Shown here piece after piece: positions 1 to 14,248 of a DNA stretch of 64,000 nt. Below the pieces are notes generated by a model, which did not search any database, had not been told where the DNA came from, and saw nothing but the letters and a program-made list of their open reading frames with translations. Position 1 is the stretch's first letter; the number at the start of each line of letters is the position of its first letter. Source of the stretch: Phoronis australis (lineage: Eukaryota; Animalia; Phoronida); the NCBI GenBank assembly GCA_002633005.1, contig NMRA01000666.1:153508-217507 (forward strand). The letters run 5' to 3'. The translations under genes were made by a program, and so were the position numbers.

Positions 1-195
1 TAAAAGAATATAAAGTGTGCATCCAAATCCAAAAACGTAACCTGGCGAACACAAACGTTTCATTACCCTGGCACACTTGGAGTTCTCGGCAATTACTAAT
101 TGATCAAAATATATTGGGCTCAAATAACTAGACGATCTCAGTTCCCGGCTGTCAATGAGGCAACAATTTCACCATAGTGTTAGTCAGCTTAGAAC

Positions 196-495
196 TGTAG
201 AACTGGAATGCCAGCTTCGAAATTGCGCGGCTGAGGCTGCTCCGCGTATGCGGGGGCTTGTTTGCATTCGTTTGTTCTGTTTTTGTCTCTCGAGAACTAT
301 AGAGCTTTTAATATGTTAGAACTAGAAGGTGGAGTTTTTGTACAAACCGTCCCCTCCAGTGTAAGTTTAGAACTGTTATCACCGGAAATATCTACCGAAG
401 AAATTTGATCTAAATTTGTGGGATATTTTGTGGTCTTGTGGCTCTAAACATTATCAAACTGAGGATCATCTACTGGCGATTCGCAAAACCGCTGC
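196..495 (+). repeat. Dispersed repeat, homologous to 37265-37754 (inverted)
   Basis: Shared blocks tgtagaact..aatgcca.cttcga, gtaagtt.agaa.tgttatcaccg and gaggatcatct.ctggc.attcg. Confidence 0.75.
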
Positions 496-639
496 GGGTC
501 GTGCCGGTTACCTTGATCCCCGCGGGGTGCTGTCGATCGACGTAAGGTAAGGCCATCTACTGTTACAGTAATTTCGAAAGTTTCCTTTAAATATATCTCG
601 TTATGATCAAGCGCCACTTATCTCCAACACGATACCAAA

Positions 640-895
640 CATGCGCGCACCCACACTAAAATGTTGGGGGTGCCCGAATTTTAGTGACACTGTGGGACTT
701 TTACTAACAAAAAAACGGATGAAAAACTGGGTACCACGTTCGGAGCTATGGATTGTGCGTTCGTGCCTTTTTAGTGGACATTTGTCTTGTTTTCTCGGAC
801 TCATTTTGTTTCTCTAGGGCGGACCTTTTCGCCCACTTCGCCAAATGGGTGGCTCGTTCGAGACCCGCCGAGCCCCCTTGTGTGGTGCAGGCATG
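640..895 (+). mobile_element. MITE, CATGCGCGCACCC family
   Basis: CCAAA|CATGCGCGCAC...GCAGGCATG|CCAAA; 5-bp TSD. Confidence 0.8.
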
Positions 896-3800
896 CCAAA
901 TAATAGCAAAATTTATATCCTAGCACTAGGCCAATGAAGAAAGTGTCACATTCTTTACTGTCACTTAATGACATCGTTTTCTCGTTCAGTGACTTTTGCC
1001 AGACGTAGAGGGTTCTGAGCGTGTGATAACATCTAGCTTCTTTCAAGCACACTCTTTTATCTGTTATGACAACAAGCAGGCCACTTATCTACCAGGCTTA
1101 TTACAGACCACATGTGAACACAGTCAAACTCAGACTATTCGGAAAGAATAGATTGTCGTAACTTCAGTTGCGGTTGGGAGATTTTGGTGATTCAAAAACT
1201 AAACATGATCACCATTTGACGAAGATTTCAGAAAGACTACTGGTTTATGTTCAAATATGTTATAACTTAACTTTTATTTTTAACAGCACAGACCAATCAG
1301 GGTAGATACGATCTTATTGGAGCGGCGATTAGAGCAATTATCGAACAAAAGAGAGTAGGTCCTCCAACCATAAATGCCAGAATGGAGCTAATTAGTCGTG
1401 TTAGATATTGGCTACAGGGGAAAACTTCCCAAGTTGTTGTTGAACAACGGGAAAACGCCGTAATGAAAATTTTTCGCTCGCTCAACTCCGCCGTTTTTCA
1501 ACCGGTTTGCTTAAGAGTCGTATCTATTAGAAAGCGCTTCGTCTGTTTTTGTTGGCGTATGACTATGCCGGAAGCAAAAGGTAGTAAATAATTTATTTCA
1601 TGAATAGTTATCAAATCCGACAGGCTCAAAAATATTTTTTAATTCTGAAAACCAGGATTGTTATCAAACTGCGAAAAATATCAGAGTGAAATAATGAAAC
1701 CTTCATGTACAAATTGGTTGATTAATTAACTAATCAGTGAACAACTTAACGGGTAATGACAATCAATTTAGGATGAAATAGTGACAACCAGATGCGTTAT
1801 ATAAATGACAAATAAACCTTCAGAGAAACAGTTTCAATGATTCAAAAGATTGCATCCGGATCAAGACAAAGATTATAGAATATGTATCCCTCACAGTCGG
1901 TGGCATTCATCCAAAATTATACATCTTGATATATTAGTTAGATCTTTTGGTGCCGTTTGATACAGTAGTAGTATTTAATAAAGATTCAGCAGGCCTATGC
2001 AGTGACAGTTATAAAAATTTTATCAATTATTATCTATCCTAACTTTGCAGATAAGAGTTCTCTTATAGACAAAAGTAAGCAAAAATCTATTGTACCGTAG
2101 AGTCATTGACATCTATTTTAGATGGCTATGATAACGGTATTCGCTTCATACATTCAAAGGGCATGTTCTTCCACTTCATAAAATAAGAGACAAAATAATT
2201 CTCAGATATATCTAATCTAGGAATCAATAAGACTTTGTATTCGCCGTTCTTAATGGCAGATTCGTTTACAAAGTAGTTTCATAGTACCAGCACGTTCATA
2301 CATTCAAGAGTACTACAGTACGATATGTTAACATCCGTGGCATGCACTGCGTAAGAGAACACAAAATAAAGTGTACATGTCTTATGGGCATAAATGTGAC
2401 GTTTTCACCGAGAACGTGATTGTCATGACGACGGGCGTTGTTCTGTTTTCAGTGTGGTATATTTTTTTCCAGATTCGTTAGTTTTTTGTGTCTAGCAAGC
2501 AACAGCATTTAACCCATCAGATCTCGCCCAATCCCATTTTTTTCTAATCTTCGGTAAACATGATGAGCGTGACGTTGGCCTATGCTAAAGTGGGTAGAAG
2601 CGGAGTGACGACTTTGCCCAGCACTTATAATTGACTATAATTAGTCAGCATAACTGCTCTGTTATAAATAATTTATTTTCAATTATTGATCACGAATAAA
2701 TTCTGATGTAAGTATGGATATCGTTCATTAGTATGACGGTATATTGACCGGTCAAACACAATTGATGGAAATGTGTTGTTTTCCTTTCGGTAACGTTTCC
2801 TGAGCACGATTTGTTAACTTTATGAAGTTAAATGATGTTTGCAGGCAATTTCTGTGCCAACGATTACGATGTGCGTCATAAAATGGAATTCAGTGATAAT
2901 CATTAGGCTTATTTTCTATAATTTCCTGATGTTGTTTTATGTGATTTATACTAAACAAACATAACGTGCCATTTTCTAAATTCGGCTTCTTGCCTTCATT
3001 ACTACCATCCGGTTAACTGAGTTTGATCAAGCAACACCGTGACATTCAACGTGGTGTTCTAAAATGGCATACATCCTTCAAAAAATGTTATGAGAAGGAG
3101 ATTTGACAAATTTTGTGTTAGTCCAGAAAACAGTAATCGAGACCGTTTGGTATTTTAATCTCCGAAAACGCTTTCAGTGGTATCAGTTAGTGCTTACATT
3201 CTTAAACTTGCAACTGAATTCAAATGGGATACGTGACTTTGTGAATTACACACATTTTCTGTTGAAAATTTGATACGTTAAATAAAATAGTGAGTAGACC
3301 TCCACCATAGTTAGATGTCCGGTTACATAATGCACACGACTAGTAGCACGTCTGTGAAAAAGAGGACACTCACGAAATTGACAAGCAGGATATTTACACA
3401 ATTCAATTTGCAGACTAAAACAGCAATTACGACTTTCGTAAACAAGCTTGACAACTGAAAGTGCTATCAAAGCGACGGGAATGCACTTTATCACAATCGA
3501 TGTATAATATAGCCTACGTACCTCATAGTTCCCCAACCGTTGACCGTTAATTAGTTGATGTTGGAAATCTCCGGCGTGACATTGAGCCACGCAAGTCATA
3601 TATCGTGCAATAGTCTAGTTATCACTACAGATTCTATGCTAGTGAGTATCAACATATCTGATCGTCTTATGCAAGTAATGTCGTTTCCAACGTGATCATT
3701 TAGGTCCGCTTCTCAGATAAAAGGAATCCAACCATAATTTGAACTAGAAAACAATAAGTTTGTGATGGGAATCTACCCGGTACTCCGCCTATGATTTCAT

Positions 3801-4137
3801 TAATTTAATTAGCATAAATCGAGTACAAAAATACTAAATATTCTACCTAGGTCACTTCGCTCTTATTCATCAAGGAGTGGAACCAATTCCAAGGTCATCT
3901 CAGCCAAAACTGCAGTTGAAATCTCCAGACACACGTCACACGCACGCGCAATCTTTCTCTTCAGCAGCTTTCTTGAAATGCCTTAAATGTGCCCTAATAC
4001 ACTCGAGCCCTCTACACTCTATACGTTTCGCTGCTGAGTGCCACTAATATGAGTGGTGTGAGCATCTACAATGATTGTCTCCTGCTCAAGCTCACGAAAA
4101 CCAAACGGGTCGCCAAACGAAATTATGTCTTTATTTG

Positions 4138-4368
4138 CATCCGCGCACACAGCCTAAAAAATGAGTGTTCGAATTTTTGAGAATGTGGATCTTTTACTAA
4201 GATTCACGGGGTACTTAGAGAGTTATGAATTGTGCATTTGCCAAATTCTGATAGTTCCAGCCTTTTTCATCAGTGGACTTTTGTCTCATTTTGTACTTTT
4301 TTCGGAGCTTGTTTCCCCGAGGCGGACATTTTTATGCACCCACATATTTATATGGGGGCGGGTGCATA
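4138..4368 (+). mobile_element. MITE, CATGCGCGCACCC family (diverged)
   Basis: catccgcgcacacagcctaaaa...gtggacttttgtctc...gggggcgggtgcat; internal motifs shared with the other copies. Confidence 0.65.
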
Positions 4369-5855
4369 TTGCCGTCATCTCTGTCTGGGCTTCCGGGCGT
4401 CTGCGGCTGCATCTCCTAATCCTCTTGGAGGATCTTATTGAAATTTGGCAGGGGTGTTCCTACGGTGTTAACGACAGAGGGCGACGAGTTTCGGACCAGT
4501 GAGATAAATATAACTAGAGGTGACATCACGTGGTTTTCGTTGAGCAGAGTGGTCCGCCATCTTGCTGATGAACCATAGTGGGTCGTGATGCCCGTGTATT
4601 GTGCAGCATTTAACTACATATATAACTCCACACTGCATCATTTAATACCTGTAATGTAAGGCAGAAGCTTACCAAGCTCATTTTGTTCAAAGGCCAGTGA
4701 ATTTTATGGTAGTCTTACAAAAACAGCATATTTGGTTCCAATTTTGATTTTTGGAAGTTGATGCGATGTGCTAGTTTTAAGTTGTCCAAATTTTGGAATA
4801 AAAATATTCGTATTATGCCAGCTTGAAGTTCAGAACGGGTCGGTATACGTTTTTCTCAGCATCGCTTGATGTCGGCGGAAATGGTTCAGGCTCTCTTTCC
4901 CCTGTGGCACCTGATTCCAGCTGAACTTGGTCGAATTTTTATTTCTATAAAGTGAGTTGGCGGTTTTCAAAATGGCCCATACGCAGGTCAGAACCAATTT
5001 TGTAATTTTTGGTCCTTTGAGGTTTCAAGTATGGAATTTGTTTGAATCACTGGCCAAAATCTTTAAAAATGAGTGGATGCTCGTTGATGAAAATACCTAT
5101 TTGCATTTTTCTTGATTTGCATATAATTATAACTTTGAAGCCCTGTGCAACTGTGTTTTGAGTTGAAAATATAATTCAAATAAAACAAAATTGCAGGGGA
5201 GGATTAAATAGCAGAAACAATTGTTCATCCCATTTACTCCCTAGAAAGCTGTTTCAAGTTTTTAGTATTAACTTGCTAAATTAAAAAACCTTAAACCAGT
5301 TGAATCCTGAAGTGAATATTAGCAAACCATGTTCTTCAGCCGTGGCTAGTTAGAATGGATAAGTCAACAAGAAATGCACTTACATGTAGCTTGTTAGTGT
5401 GCCTGTTATATTACCTTAATCAATGGTCTACACAAGCAGTCAGATTAGCTTAATGGAAAACAGCAAAACTGTGCCAAAATAGTCTTAGCAGGCTGACATT
5501 TTTTTGTCTCGAAGCACATTTCATAAAAGCTTTGTTATTAACTGTCTTACCTGTTGCAGATAATATTTGTGTGGACTACGTGAAGTTTTAAAGAACTTTA
5601 CAAAAAATGCGTTGTTTTTACACGCCATGGTTACTGGTTATTGGTGGCTGTGTTTATTTTTTTTAGTTGGTTTAGGCATCGCCTTCTCTGTCGGCCAAGC
5701 CACTTTTAAGATAATTATGGTAATTGACTGATATCTTCTCACGGGAACGATTTTTGGACGGCGCCAACAACTTTGGCGCCTCTTAGTGGCAGTTTTGTTT
5801 TTGTTTTGTTTGAGTTTTTGTAGTATCGCTGATGTTTGAAATAAATTGAAACCTA

Positions 5856-6058
5856 TTTGGAATGGCATCTCAATGTGTTGTTTGGAATGGCATCTCAAGG
5901 TGTTGTTTGGAATGACATCTCAATGTGTTATTTGGAATGGCATCTCAGTGTGTTGTTTGGAATGGCATCTCAATGTGTTGTTTGGAATGGCATCTCAAGT
6001 TGTTGTTTGGAGTGGGATCTCAAGGTGTTGTTTGGAATGGCGTCTCAATGTGTTGTTT
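5856..6058. repeat. Minisatellite, 25 bp x8
   Basis: TTTGGAATGGCATCTCAATGTGTTG repeated head-to-tail with no spacers. Confidence 0.95.
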
Positions 6059-6520
6059 CTAAAGTTACATGTTTTTGTTACCCTTGTCATTCTCAATGTT
6101 ATTGATGGAAAATCTGCGATTCCATGCATGATGCGCAGATCCATGGGGTACATTGGTATAAACATTAACATTGTGCGTACTTTATTTAAAATTCTGAATC
6201 CACCAATCACTGCTGTATTTTGACACAGGGTCTATGATACAGTGGTTTAAATTTTGAGACAATAGAGTGTCAAAATGTACACAATTGGTTTTCCACTTAG
6301 GATAAACACCAGGGTATCACTGAGGTACCACCAACAGTCTTACAGATTTATTTGTGACGGCGCAAACATGAAGACAGGCCAAGACATTTTTTTCATTTTC
6401 ATAAGACGCGAATACATGTTCTTGGTTGATACAACCTGAAGTAGACAATTACAGCCAGTTTTAGGGACTGTCTGTCCAACCACATGGTACTTCGGTGGCC
6501 AACTGTGTTTCAGTGAAATT

Positions 6521-6737
6521 CATAGGCGGATTTATGAGAGTGGGTCCGGGCCAAGCCCCCCCCCTCCCCCAGGGGAGGGGGGTTCAAACCAGATTGTAAC
6601 TGTCCAAGTCAGATCGCCGGCGCAATCGCTTTCCCGTTTCTTTGTTTTTTGGGTGCACCCACGCAATCGTGCTTTGTGCGATTCCTGGAGACGAAATTTT
6701 GTGGCCGCGCCCTTATGATATCCTGGATCAGCTTCTG
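6521..6737 (+). mobile_element. MITE, CA..GGCGGAT family
   Basis: AAATT|CATAGGCGGATTT...TGGATCAGCTTCTG|AAATT; 5-bp TSD. Confidence 0.65.
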
Positions 6738-7329
6738 AAATTTCAGTTCAACTTGTTTCAAGGGTCAGGGGAAGTTCATAAAATTACCCGAGGCATTAAG
6801 TGGGATCTGTTTGGGCTAAATTAACGTCATGTATATTTTAGGATTGCAATGGTTGATGGGAGTGTCTTGGAGTCCTTTCCAGCTGATCATCTTATCCGGC
6901 TTGTAAATAACTAATAATCAAATTTTGTACAATTAAAAGCTTAGCTAAAACAAAACGAGTTAATAATTAGATTCTCATGTGGGTATTTAAGACATCGAGG
7001 TATTTTTAAACAATTGTAAAAAGTATGCGGTGTAATTCGTAAACCGGCAAGAGATCCCAGGTCATGACGGCAACGATTCCCGGTCAAATAATTGGGGAAT
7101 TATGACTTTCCGCGGCCTTATAATGACCGTTTAAGCAACGCGTGGGTCACATGATTACATTACTTTATGATACCAATATTTTAAAATCCCGATAGTATTT
7201 AAAATTTCAAATTTTCTTCTGAAAATCTCCCTGGCTTCCATAAGGCCACCGAGCGTTTGTTTACATATCGTTCATCATCTATATGGTGGACCGCTGTCTG
7301 GCTTGCGTGTACAGTCTTGTCACCTCTAT

Positions 7330-8941
7330 GTACATAGCTCATTGTTTCGGACCGACCCGAATACGGCTGTGCCCATAGTAGCAATTTTATTTTTTTACGT
7401 TTGCCTCTGTATCTTCAAAGATCCTCAAACGATTTTCATGAAATTTGGCACATAGGCATCTATTAATGAGGTGACGCTATCCGTCCGTTTTCGGATCGAT
7501 TCGGGGTATTCTGTGCCATCTAGTGTCCATTTTTAGTATTTTTGAGACCGTTTTTAGGCGTCCGCCTCTATGTCAACCAAACCACTCAAAGGATGATTGC
7601 AAAAATGGGCATGTATCTTCTTACTTTGAAGACGACGGTTGGCGTTGATTTTACGACTTCGACTACTGTGGCTCCTCCTGGTGGCAGTTTTGTTTGTTTT
7701 TGCGCCCATGGCTGTATCTCCTAAACGCTCTACAGGATCTTTATTAAATGCAACAAATGTGTTATATGAAGTTGACAACGGACGACGACAACTTTCGGAC
7801 AGCTCGGGATACAGGTTTGTTCCACAGTGGCAATTTTAGTTTTCTTACGGTTACCTCTGTATCTTCAAAGGTCCTCGATGGATTTCCATAAAATTTGACA
7901 CTATAGGCATCTATTAATGAGGTGACGCTATCCTTCCGTTTTCGGATGGATTCGAGGTATTTTGCGCCACCTAGTGGCCATTTTTACTGTTTTCGATTCT
8001 GTTTTTTTTTTTTTGGCGTCCGTCCCTCCATCAACCAATCCACTCTAAGAATGATTGTAAAAATTGGCATGTATGTTCTTACCATAAAGAGGACAATTGA
8101 CGAAGTTATTCCGATGACTCCGACTATTATGGCGCCTTCTAGTGGCAGTTTTGCGCCCAGACGTACCTGTATCTCCTAAGCCTCTGCAGAATCTTTATTA
8201 AATTTAGCACGTGTATTTATATGAAGATAACAAGGGAAGACGACGACTTTCAGATGGGTCCGACTAACACTTCTCCGTAGTGACAATTTCATTTTATCTG
8301 TTTTCTTCTGTTTCTCTGAAGTTCCTCGACGAATTTTCATGAAATTTGTTAAATAGCTTTCTTTTAAAGAAACGGTGACATTTTTCGGTTTTCAGACGGA
8401 TTCGACGTATTTTGCTCCATCTAGTGGCCATTTTTACTGCTTTCTAGCCTGTTTTTGGCGTCCACCCTCTATCAACCAAACCACTCTTTGGATGATTGTG
8501 AAAATTGGCTTATGTATTGTTAATGTGAAGAGGGCGGTTGACGATGATTTTCTGTCTTCAATTACTGTGGCGCCTCCTAGTGGCATTTTTAGTCCTTATC
8601 TGTATCTCGTAAGCCGTCTGCAGAATGTATATTAAATTTAGCAAGTGTATTTATATGACGTTGACAACGGAAGACGACAACTTTCAGACGGATCCGATGA
8701 ATGCTTTGTCCCCCAGTGACAATTTTATTCTTTCCGTTTTGCTAAAGTTTCTTAACGGATTTTCATGAAATGTAGTAAATAGCTTTCTGTTAAAAAACGG
8801 TGACATTTTCCAGTTTTTTGATGGATTCGAAGTATTTTGCACTATCTAGTGGCCATTTTTATGACACAAATAAACACCTTAGAAGCACACCGTTTGCAGA
8901 GCATTCGTGGGCGCATTTCAACGCTCCGCGTTGCACTTGTT
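7330..8941 (+). repeat. ~450-bp-unit tandem array (~3.5 copies) with a Helitron/Helentron(HINE)-like 3' end
   Basis: The marker c.a(t/c)ctagtg(g/t)ccatttt recurs at ~7517, ~7969, ~8418 and ~8843, and ttcatgaaatttg also recurs. The array ends gggcgcatttcaacgctc..gcacttgtt. Confidence 0.7.
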
Positions 8942-9478
8942 ACCTTTTTACCCACTTACCCCCCTGCATGATTTGCTGCACGTTCAGAAACTTTTTTAAA
9001 AGTTGAAATCTTAGTTTGCCTCCCTCTCCCTCGCCCGTCCCTAGGTGAACGTATGATTTGCTGCCACTCAGAAACTTTTTTGAAAAGTTAAAACTTAGTT
9101 GTCATCTACCTCTTAAAAAGTGGTCCGTGGCGTTATCTTTTCTACATTAATTCACGTTAAATCTGGACGTCATTAAACATAAAAATCTAAACGGGATTTT
9201 CAACGTTTGAGTCATTTTTCCACTCACAGGGTTGATTTTTCAAAGTCGAGCAGTGCTGTGTTCTAGACTTTCGTACTCATGTGTTCACGTGCTTTCCAAC
9301 AAGAAGGCACAAATCTATCGGCCGATCCTATGGTCTGAAAGAGCCTCATGAGAACGCTTGTCAGAGGTCCCATTAACTTTCGTCCAAATCATACCCCGCC
9401 TATCTCACGGTTATCTGGTTGTAAGCCAACATGCGGAATGATGAACTGAGCAAACATCGATTTCCGGTATCGCCGACT

Positions 9479-9744
9479 CATGCGCGCACCCAGCCTAAAA
9501 TAGACGGCCGGGGCTCGAATCCTTCGGTATACGGACCTTTCACTGAAAAAATTACCGAGGACTAAAAAAACGAGGCTACTAGGGTACAGGTCTGCCAATC
9601 GTGCATCCGCGACGAATTCCTGTGGACTTTTTGGACTTTTGTCTCGTTTACTCGGACTTTTTATTTCACTGAGGCGGAGCTTTTTGCCCAATTCATCAAA
9701 TTGGGGGCTCATTCGATTCCCTCCCCCCCTTGGGTGCGCCCATG
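9479..9744 (+). mobile_element. MITE, CATGCGCGCACCC family
   Basis: CGACT|CATGCGCGCACCCA...TGGGTGCGCCCATG|CGTCT; TSD matches at 4 of 5 positions. Confidence 0.8.
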
Positions 9745-10240
9745 CGTCTTTGAAAACTACCCTTTCTCTCAGTCACTCTTCATTTCACTGCGTCTTTGCA
9801 CTATATAAGTTCCGGTACTGAATTATTAAACAATCCAAAAAATCGAAGAGCAAATAGACTAAGTCTTAGTCTCGAAAGGCTAATTGGTTTGTTTAAACCG
9901 TTGTGGTTCTAGGTGCGGCGCGGCACGCTCCGGTCAATTTGTTTAGGGTTGAACGTTGTCTGTTATGGTCACACAGCGCCAGCATTGTTCAGAGACAAAG
10001 GCTTGTAAATATGTTCGCCATACCTGAATGGGACTTCTGTTAGGGAGGGCTGTAAAACGCATAATGGAACTGAACAACAGCTGAGAGCAGGCGGCATTTG
10101 TTTAGCGAGGCGGTCAGAACGTCTCTGACATTCCGAGGCAATATTTCCTGCAGCTCTTCCGTCTGCAGTGAGGTGAGTGAATGAGAACATATTATGTCGT
10201 ACATCGGGTGGATGACCCACTGAGTCCCAGCCATTCATAA

Positions 10241-10517
10241 GTCTGCAGGTAATGCAGACAGTTACAAGGAGTGTGTGGCTCCCGTACCAGGGGTGTCTGA
10301 CACAAGACTCCGCCTCCCACCCCGACTTTGGTCTATGTGTTGCCGCTACACTACACAGTACCAAACATGTTACGTCTGCAGGTCATGTACGCAGTTACAA
10401 AGGAGTGTGTGGCTCCCGTGCCACGGGTGTTTTTACTTCGGGACCCAAGACTCCGCCTCCCACCCCGGTTTTTGGTCTATGTGTTAGCAGCTTTACAACA
10501 CGGTACCAAACATGTTT
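10241..10517. repeat. Diverged tandem duplication, ~135-140 bp x2
   Basis: gtctgcaggt..cagttacaa..ggagtgtgtggctcccgt..caagactccgcctcccacccc..ggtctatgtgtt..gtaccaaacatgtt occurs twice. Confidence 0.9.
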
Positions 10518-12649
10518 TCTGACCAACTTAATCCATTACCAAGTATTTACTGTAGGCAAATCCCTTATTGTGAGGTAACGTCTATACTATTACTGGACAC
10601 CTTACTCTTATGTGGACTATTATTTGCATGAAGTCATTGTATACATGAAGTCGACATGGAAAGGAAACGGCCAGGGGGCACTCCACCGTATTGTATGTTG
10701 ACTTTCGTAGGACACCTGTTTGAGAAGTTTGAATTATGGGTTCTTACAACATGTAGGTACCCACGAGTAAGAAGGGTTGGATTCGTGATTATCAACTCCT
10801 CAAACGTGAAAATCTCAAACATGTACTTCTTAATACATGGATAATAATCCCAAGAGCTAACACTTTCGAATTACTGCATCTCGTAAACTTTGTCGCGTCA
10901 TTTCCGGGACTCTGGACACTAGGAAAGAGCATTGGGGCAAAGGCGGTGGGTGGCATTGGTTCGGGTAACGTATGTTGCGATTAGTTCCAAGGAGGCGGGC
11001 CGTTTGTTTTGTCGGGTTACTTGTCTAGGTCGAAGAGCAAACAATGACCGTTTGGATTGCTATTATTGTGTTATTGAAGAGTAATTCAATAAGTATTGAT
11101 TCTTGTGCCACTTATAATTCTCAAAATGAATCAGCTGTTTTAATCCCATCTGTTGCAAAATGCGTAATACGTATTCATTCGAAAATGGTACAGTACATTG
11201 GCGATAATCTAAAGGCAGGGTCAGTGTACTACCGTTGTTTCAAGGATTGAGAAAACAACATAAACTTTTTTACTTATCGAAAGTAAGATCGCAGAAGTTC
11301 ACGGTAAGTTAAATATCTGCAAGCAGAATTGATATCGCCTGTTTATTTTCTTACTTAAGCAGTATCCGTGCCCATGGCAATCGTTTTCGTGGCAATGGAA
11401 TTATTGTGCCGACTCTTTGTATTTCCCAGGTACCCTAACGTCAGCAGTGTGTGTGCGCATGTACCTTAGACACTTTCCTTTGGTTTATGGGGGCACAGAA
11501 CAGTTCTCACAAGGGTTTGCCTATCAAAACACACGTCAAAGGACTCGTTACTTTTTCCTCATTCTGTCAAAAACTGCGTACAAATAACGAAAAGTTTTGA
11601 GCAATTTCACATCAGAAGCCCTATAGATGAGCATAGAAACTTTATTCTCTCTTGGATTTTAGACCCTTTCACTTTTACTGAAAAGCAAGATAGACTAAGA
11701 AAGAAGTGGCAAAAAACGCAAAATCGTCACTTTTCACCCCAAAACCACCACTTCCCTGCGCGCCGATGGTCGACTAAAGCCAACATTAGATTTTGAAAGC
11801 AAATTTCCTACCAATTCCAAAAATGTGTTCCAAAATTACCGTCAACCAACTAGTTTTTGTTTTGGCAAATCTGGCTTGTTTGAGAGCTACCTGAAATCGC
11901 AGCCAACTTCTCTGTCACTACCCAGCAATGCACAACTGCAACAGGGCGGCGACATCTTAAAGAGCAGCACAGCTGCAGCCGGGCCTGTGGTCTTTTTTCA
12001 TTCTCAACATGATCACAAATACAAACAAACTACATTCACTTGACCTACTTGCAATAGCTAACTAAAAGAACCCCCAAGCCTGGCCTATCCCTAGATTTTA
12101 ATATTTCGGGAGTGCTGATTCTTTCTGATATAGGGGCACGTGCCCGGATACTCACATTGATGGTATTTCTTGTTCACAAAACGTTCTTATTTTAGTTGTT
12201 CCTAGATTGAAGAGACTTTATGCTATGCTGAAAAATAAAAACTGTGGTCTGGATTCATTATAGCTACAGTGTATGATGAACTTTCAGTCAATTACGTGAC
12301 AGTCGACAAAGTGCACGTATAACTTCAAAACGGTTTTTAACAAAAAAACAAGCACTCTTCGTCCCAGTGTAAAACACTAATTTATTTCCTGGGAATGCCG
12401 TGCAACATGAAGTTAATCGAAAGGTCAAATGTACATTATACCGTAATCTTCCTGACGATAGATACGAATGCCTTAATGCTATAACGTTCCCTTTACGTTC
12501 TACATTACTTAGAAGCCAAAGAATATGGAGTGCCTTGCTGTTTCAGTCAAAAATGACATCACCAGGATAAAACTGTCACCAATGTATGCAAGGAATGCGA
12601 TTCTCCACCACTTATAAGTGTACAAGTAAAAATTTTTTTATGGTTGCAG

Positions 12650-12785
12650 GAGTTATGTTTTAGAAGTCGCGCCAAGGGGTCAAGTAACCAGTGCTGTAAG
12701 CAGTTCATCTGCTGTCACGACAGCTTCTGTACTTGACGTTTACAGTGACTTAAGTATTACGGATGACCGGGGCGTATTTTCAAAG
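12650..12785 (+). other. Candidate 5'UTR exon of the GPCR gene
   Basis: tttttttatggttgcag|...caaag|GTAAGA. A further upstream donor, acg|GTAAGT, lies at 11304. Supported by splice consensus only. Confidence 0.45.
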
Positions 12786-12949
12786 GTAAGAGCTGTTAAA
12801 CTAACTCTCCAAAACAAAGCACTACTTTTTTATATGGCGTACTATTATGAAACTGAGTTTCGAATTGTCTCTTTGTCAAATCGGAGGTATTTCTAGACTT
12901 CGAAAAACTGCCTAGCAGCTCGTTATTGCTTGATACCTGGCGTGCATTC

Positions 12950-13105
12950 AGTAACGCTAGAAACTACAATAGTACCATAGCTAAAACCTAGCCAAATTCA
13001 CGCTCTTTTATTTGAAGTACACGGCAATATCTCACATAATCTCGCCAAGTCTTGCTTTTTAGCGAGTAACTAGCCTTACTGAACGGGAGGCAGGCTTTAG
13101 GCTAG
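12950..13105 (+). repeat. Dispersed repeat, homologous to ~33115-33250
   Basis: tagctaaaacctagccaaa...caatatctcac.taatctcgc.aagtcttgctttttagcgag...ttactgaacgggaggcag is present in both. Confidence 0.8.
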
Positions 13106-14136
13106 CAATTAAGTTGATTTGTCAAGATAGTTGATAATTGTGATTGCATGAATAATGTTTAGTATCCCCTGAAGACCCACGCAGCAGCATCAAGACGAAA
13201 TTCAAACTGGTATTATGTTACGGTAAAAATTCCGTAGCTTGGAACATTCTCTAAATTTGGGACCATGAAATTTAAGTCAAAATTAACTTGAATTTTCTTC
13301 ATTCTGAAGATTGGGACATGCGTAATTTGGCCTTCAAAGTGTTTCCCAACTATCGGACACTGCCTTTTGTATCAACAAAGTTAGATAAAGTTGTCGAAAA
13401 CAACTCGTCTTTCTAGTATTTCGTAAATCTAGGACGGGCGATTCTGCCTACCTCTAAAATTTGGAACAAGCTCCGATAATCAGCAAAATAAATTATTTTT
13501 CAGTTCTAATCTGCAAAATGTTTACCATAGATGAAGCGTATTTTCCCGTTGAGACAGTCTGTAAATCCCTTTCATCATGTCTCATGAGGAACACTAACTT
13601 GCCGCATTAAACTTTACAAACAAGTGCTCAACTCTAGAACATGAAACAAACAATGGACGCCAAGACGTGGCGTTGCCTAATGGTTCGTGTCTCTCTGACA
13701 CTGATAATGAAAAGATTAAAAACGACCCCGAGGCGAGCACTTCTGGAACTCGGCGTGGGCGTAAATCGTTTCTGTCTTCTGACTAAAGGTTGTAAATCAC
13801 AAAACAGAACTAAAATTAATCTGGGGTTTTGATTCTGCTTCGTGTCTGTGTAATTATAAATTTCTAATTTAGAAAATTGATCTTGATATATCCAGCTTGG
13901 GGGGAAATTGCAATCATCACCTATGGGCAATTTTAAGAATGGCCGGAATATCCTTGCAATGAGAAGAGCAGCTCTTTGCAGACCAATGAGCTGTTCATTT
14001 GTTTCCATCGTTGGGCTCCTTCGCGAAAAGAGCCCTCTGGCAACCATTTTCAAATATAAAGGAAATCCTAATGTACCAGTAGTTCTCAATATAATTATAT
14101 TCGACATTCCGTTGACAAGAGCCAGATGCTAGAGAG

Positions 14137-14248
14137 GGCTTTTTGAAAATGTGGCTTTTTGAAAATGTGGCTTTTTGAAAATGTGGCTTTTTGAAAATGT
14201 GGCTTTTTGAAAATGTGGCTTTTTGAAAATGTGGCTTTTTGAAATTGT
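14137..14248. repeat. Minisatellite, 16 bp x7
   Basis: GGCTTTTTGAAAATGT, nearly perfect copies. Confidence 0.95.

Noticed and set aside
5856-6058. 25-bp repeats resembling a CRISPR array, and the repetitive ORFs across them
   Set aside because: The units are contiguous with no spacers, there are no cas genes and the context is eukaryotic. It is a plain minisatellite.
13634-14107. 157-aa minus-strand ORF and other ORF-track entries under 130 aa not listed above
   Set aside because: No recognisable motifs or supporting splice context; consistent with chance ORFs or repeat-derived frames.
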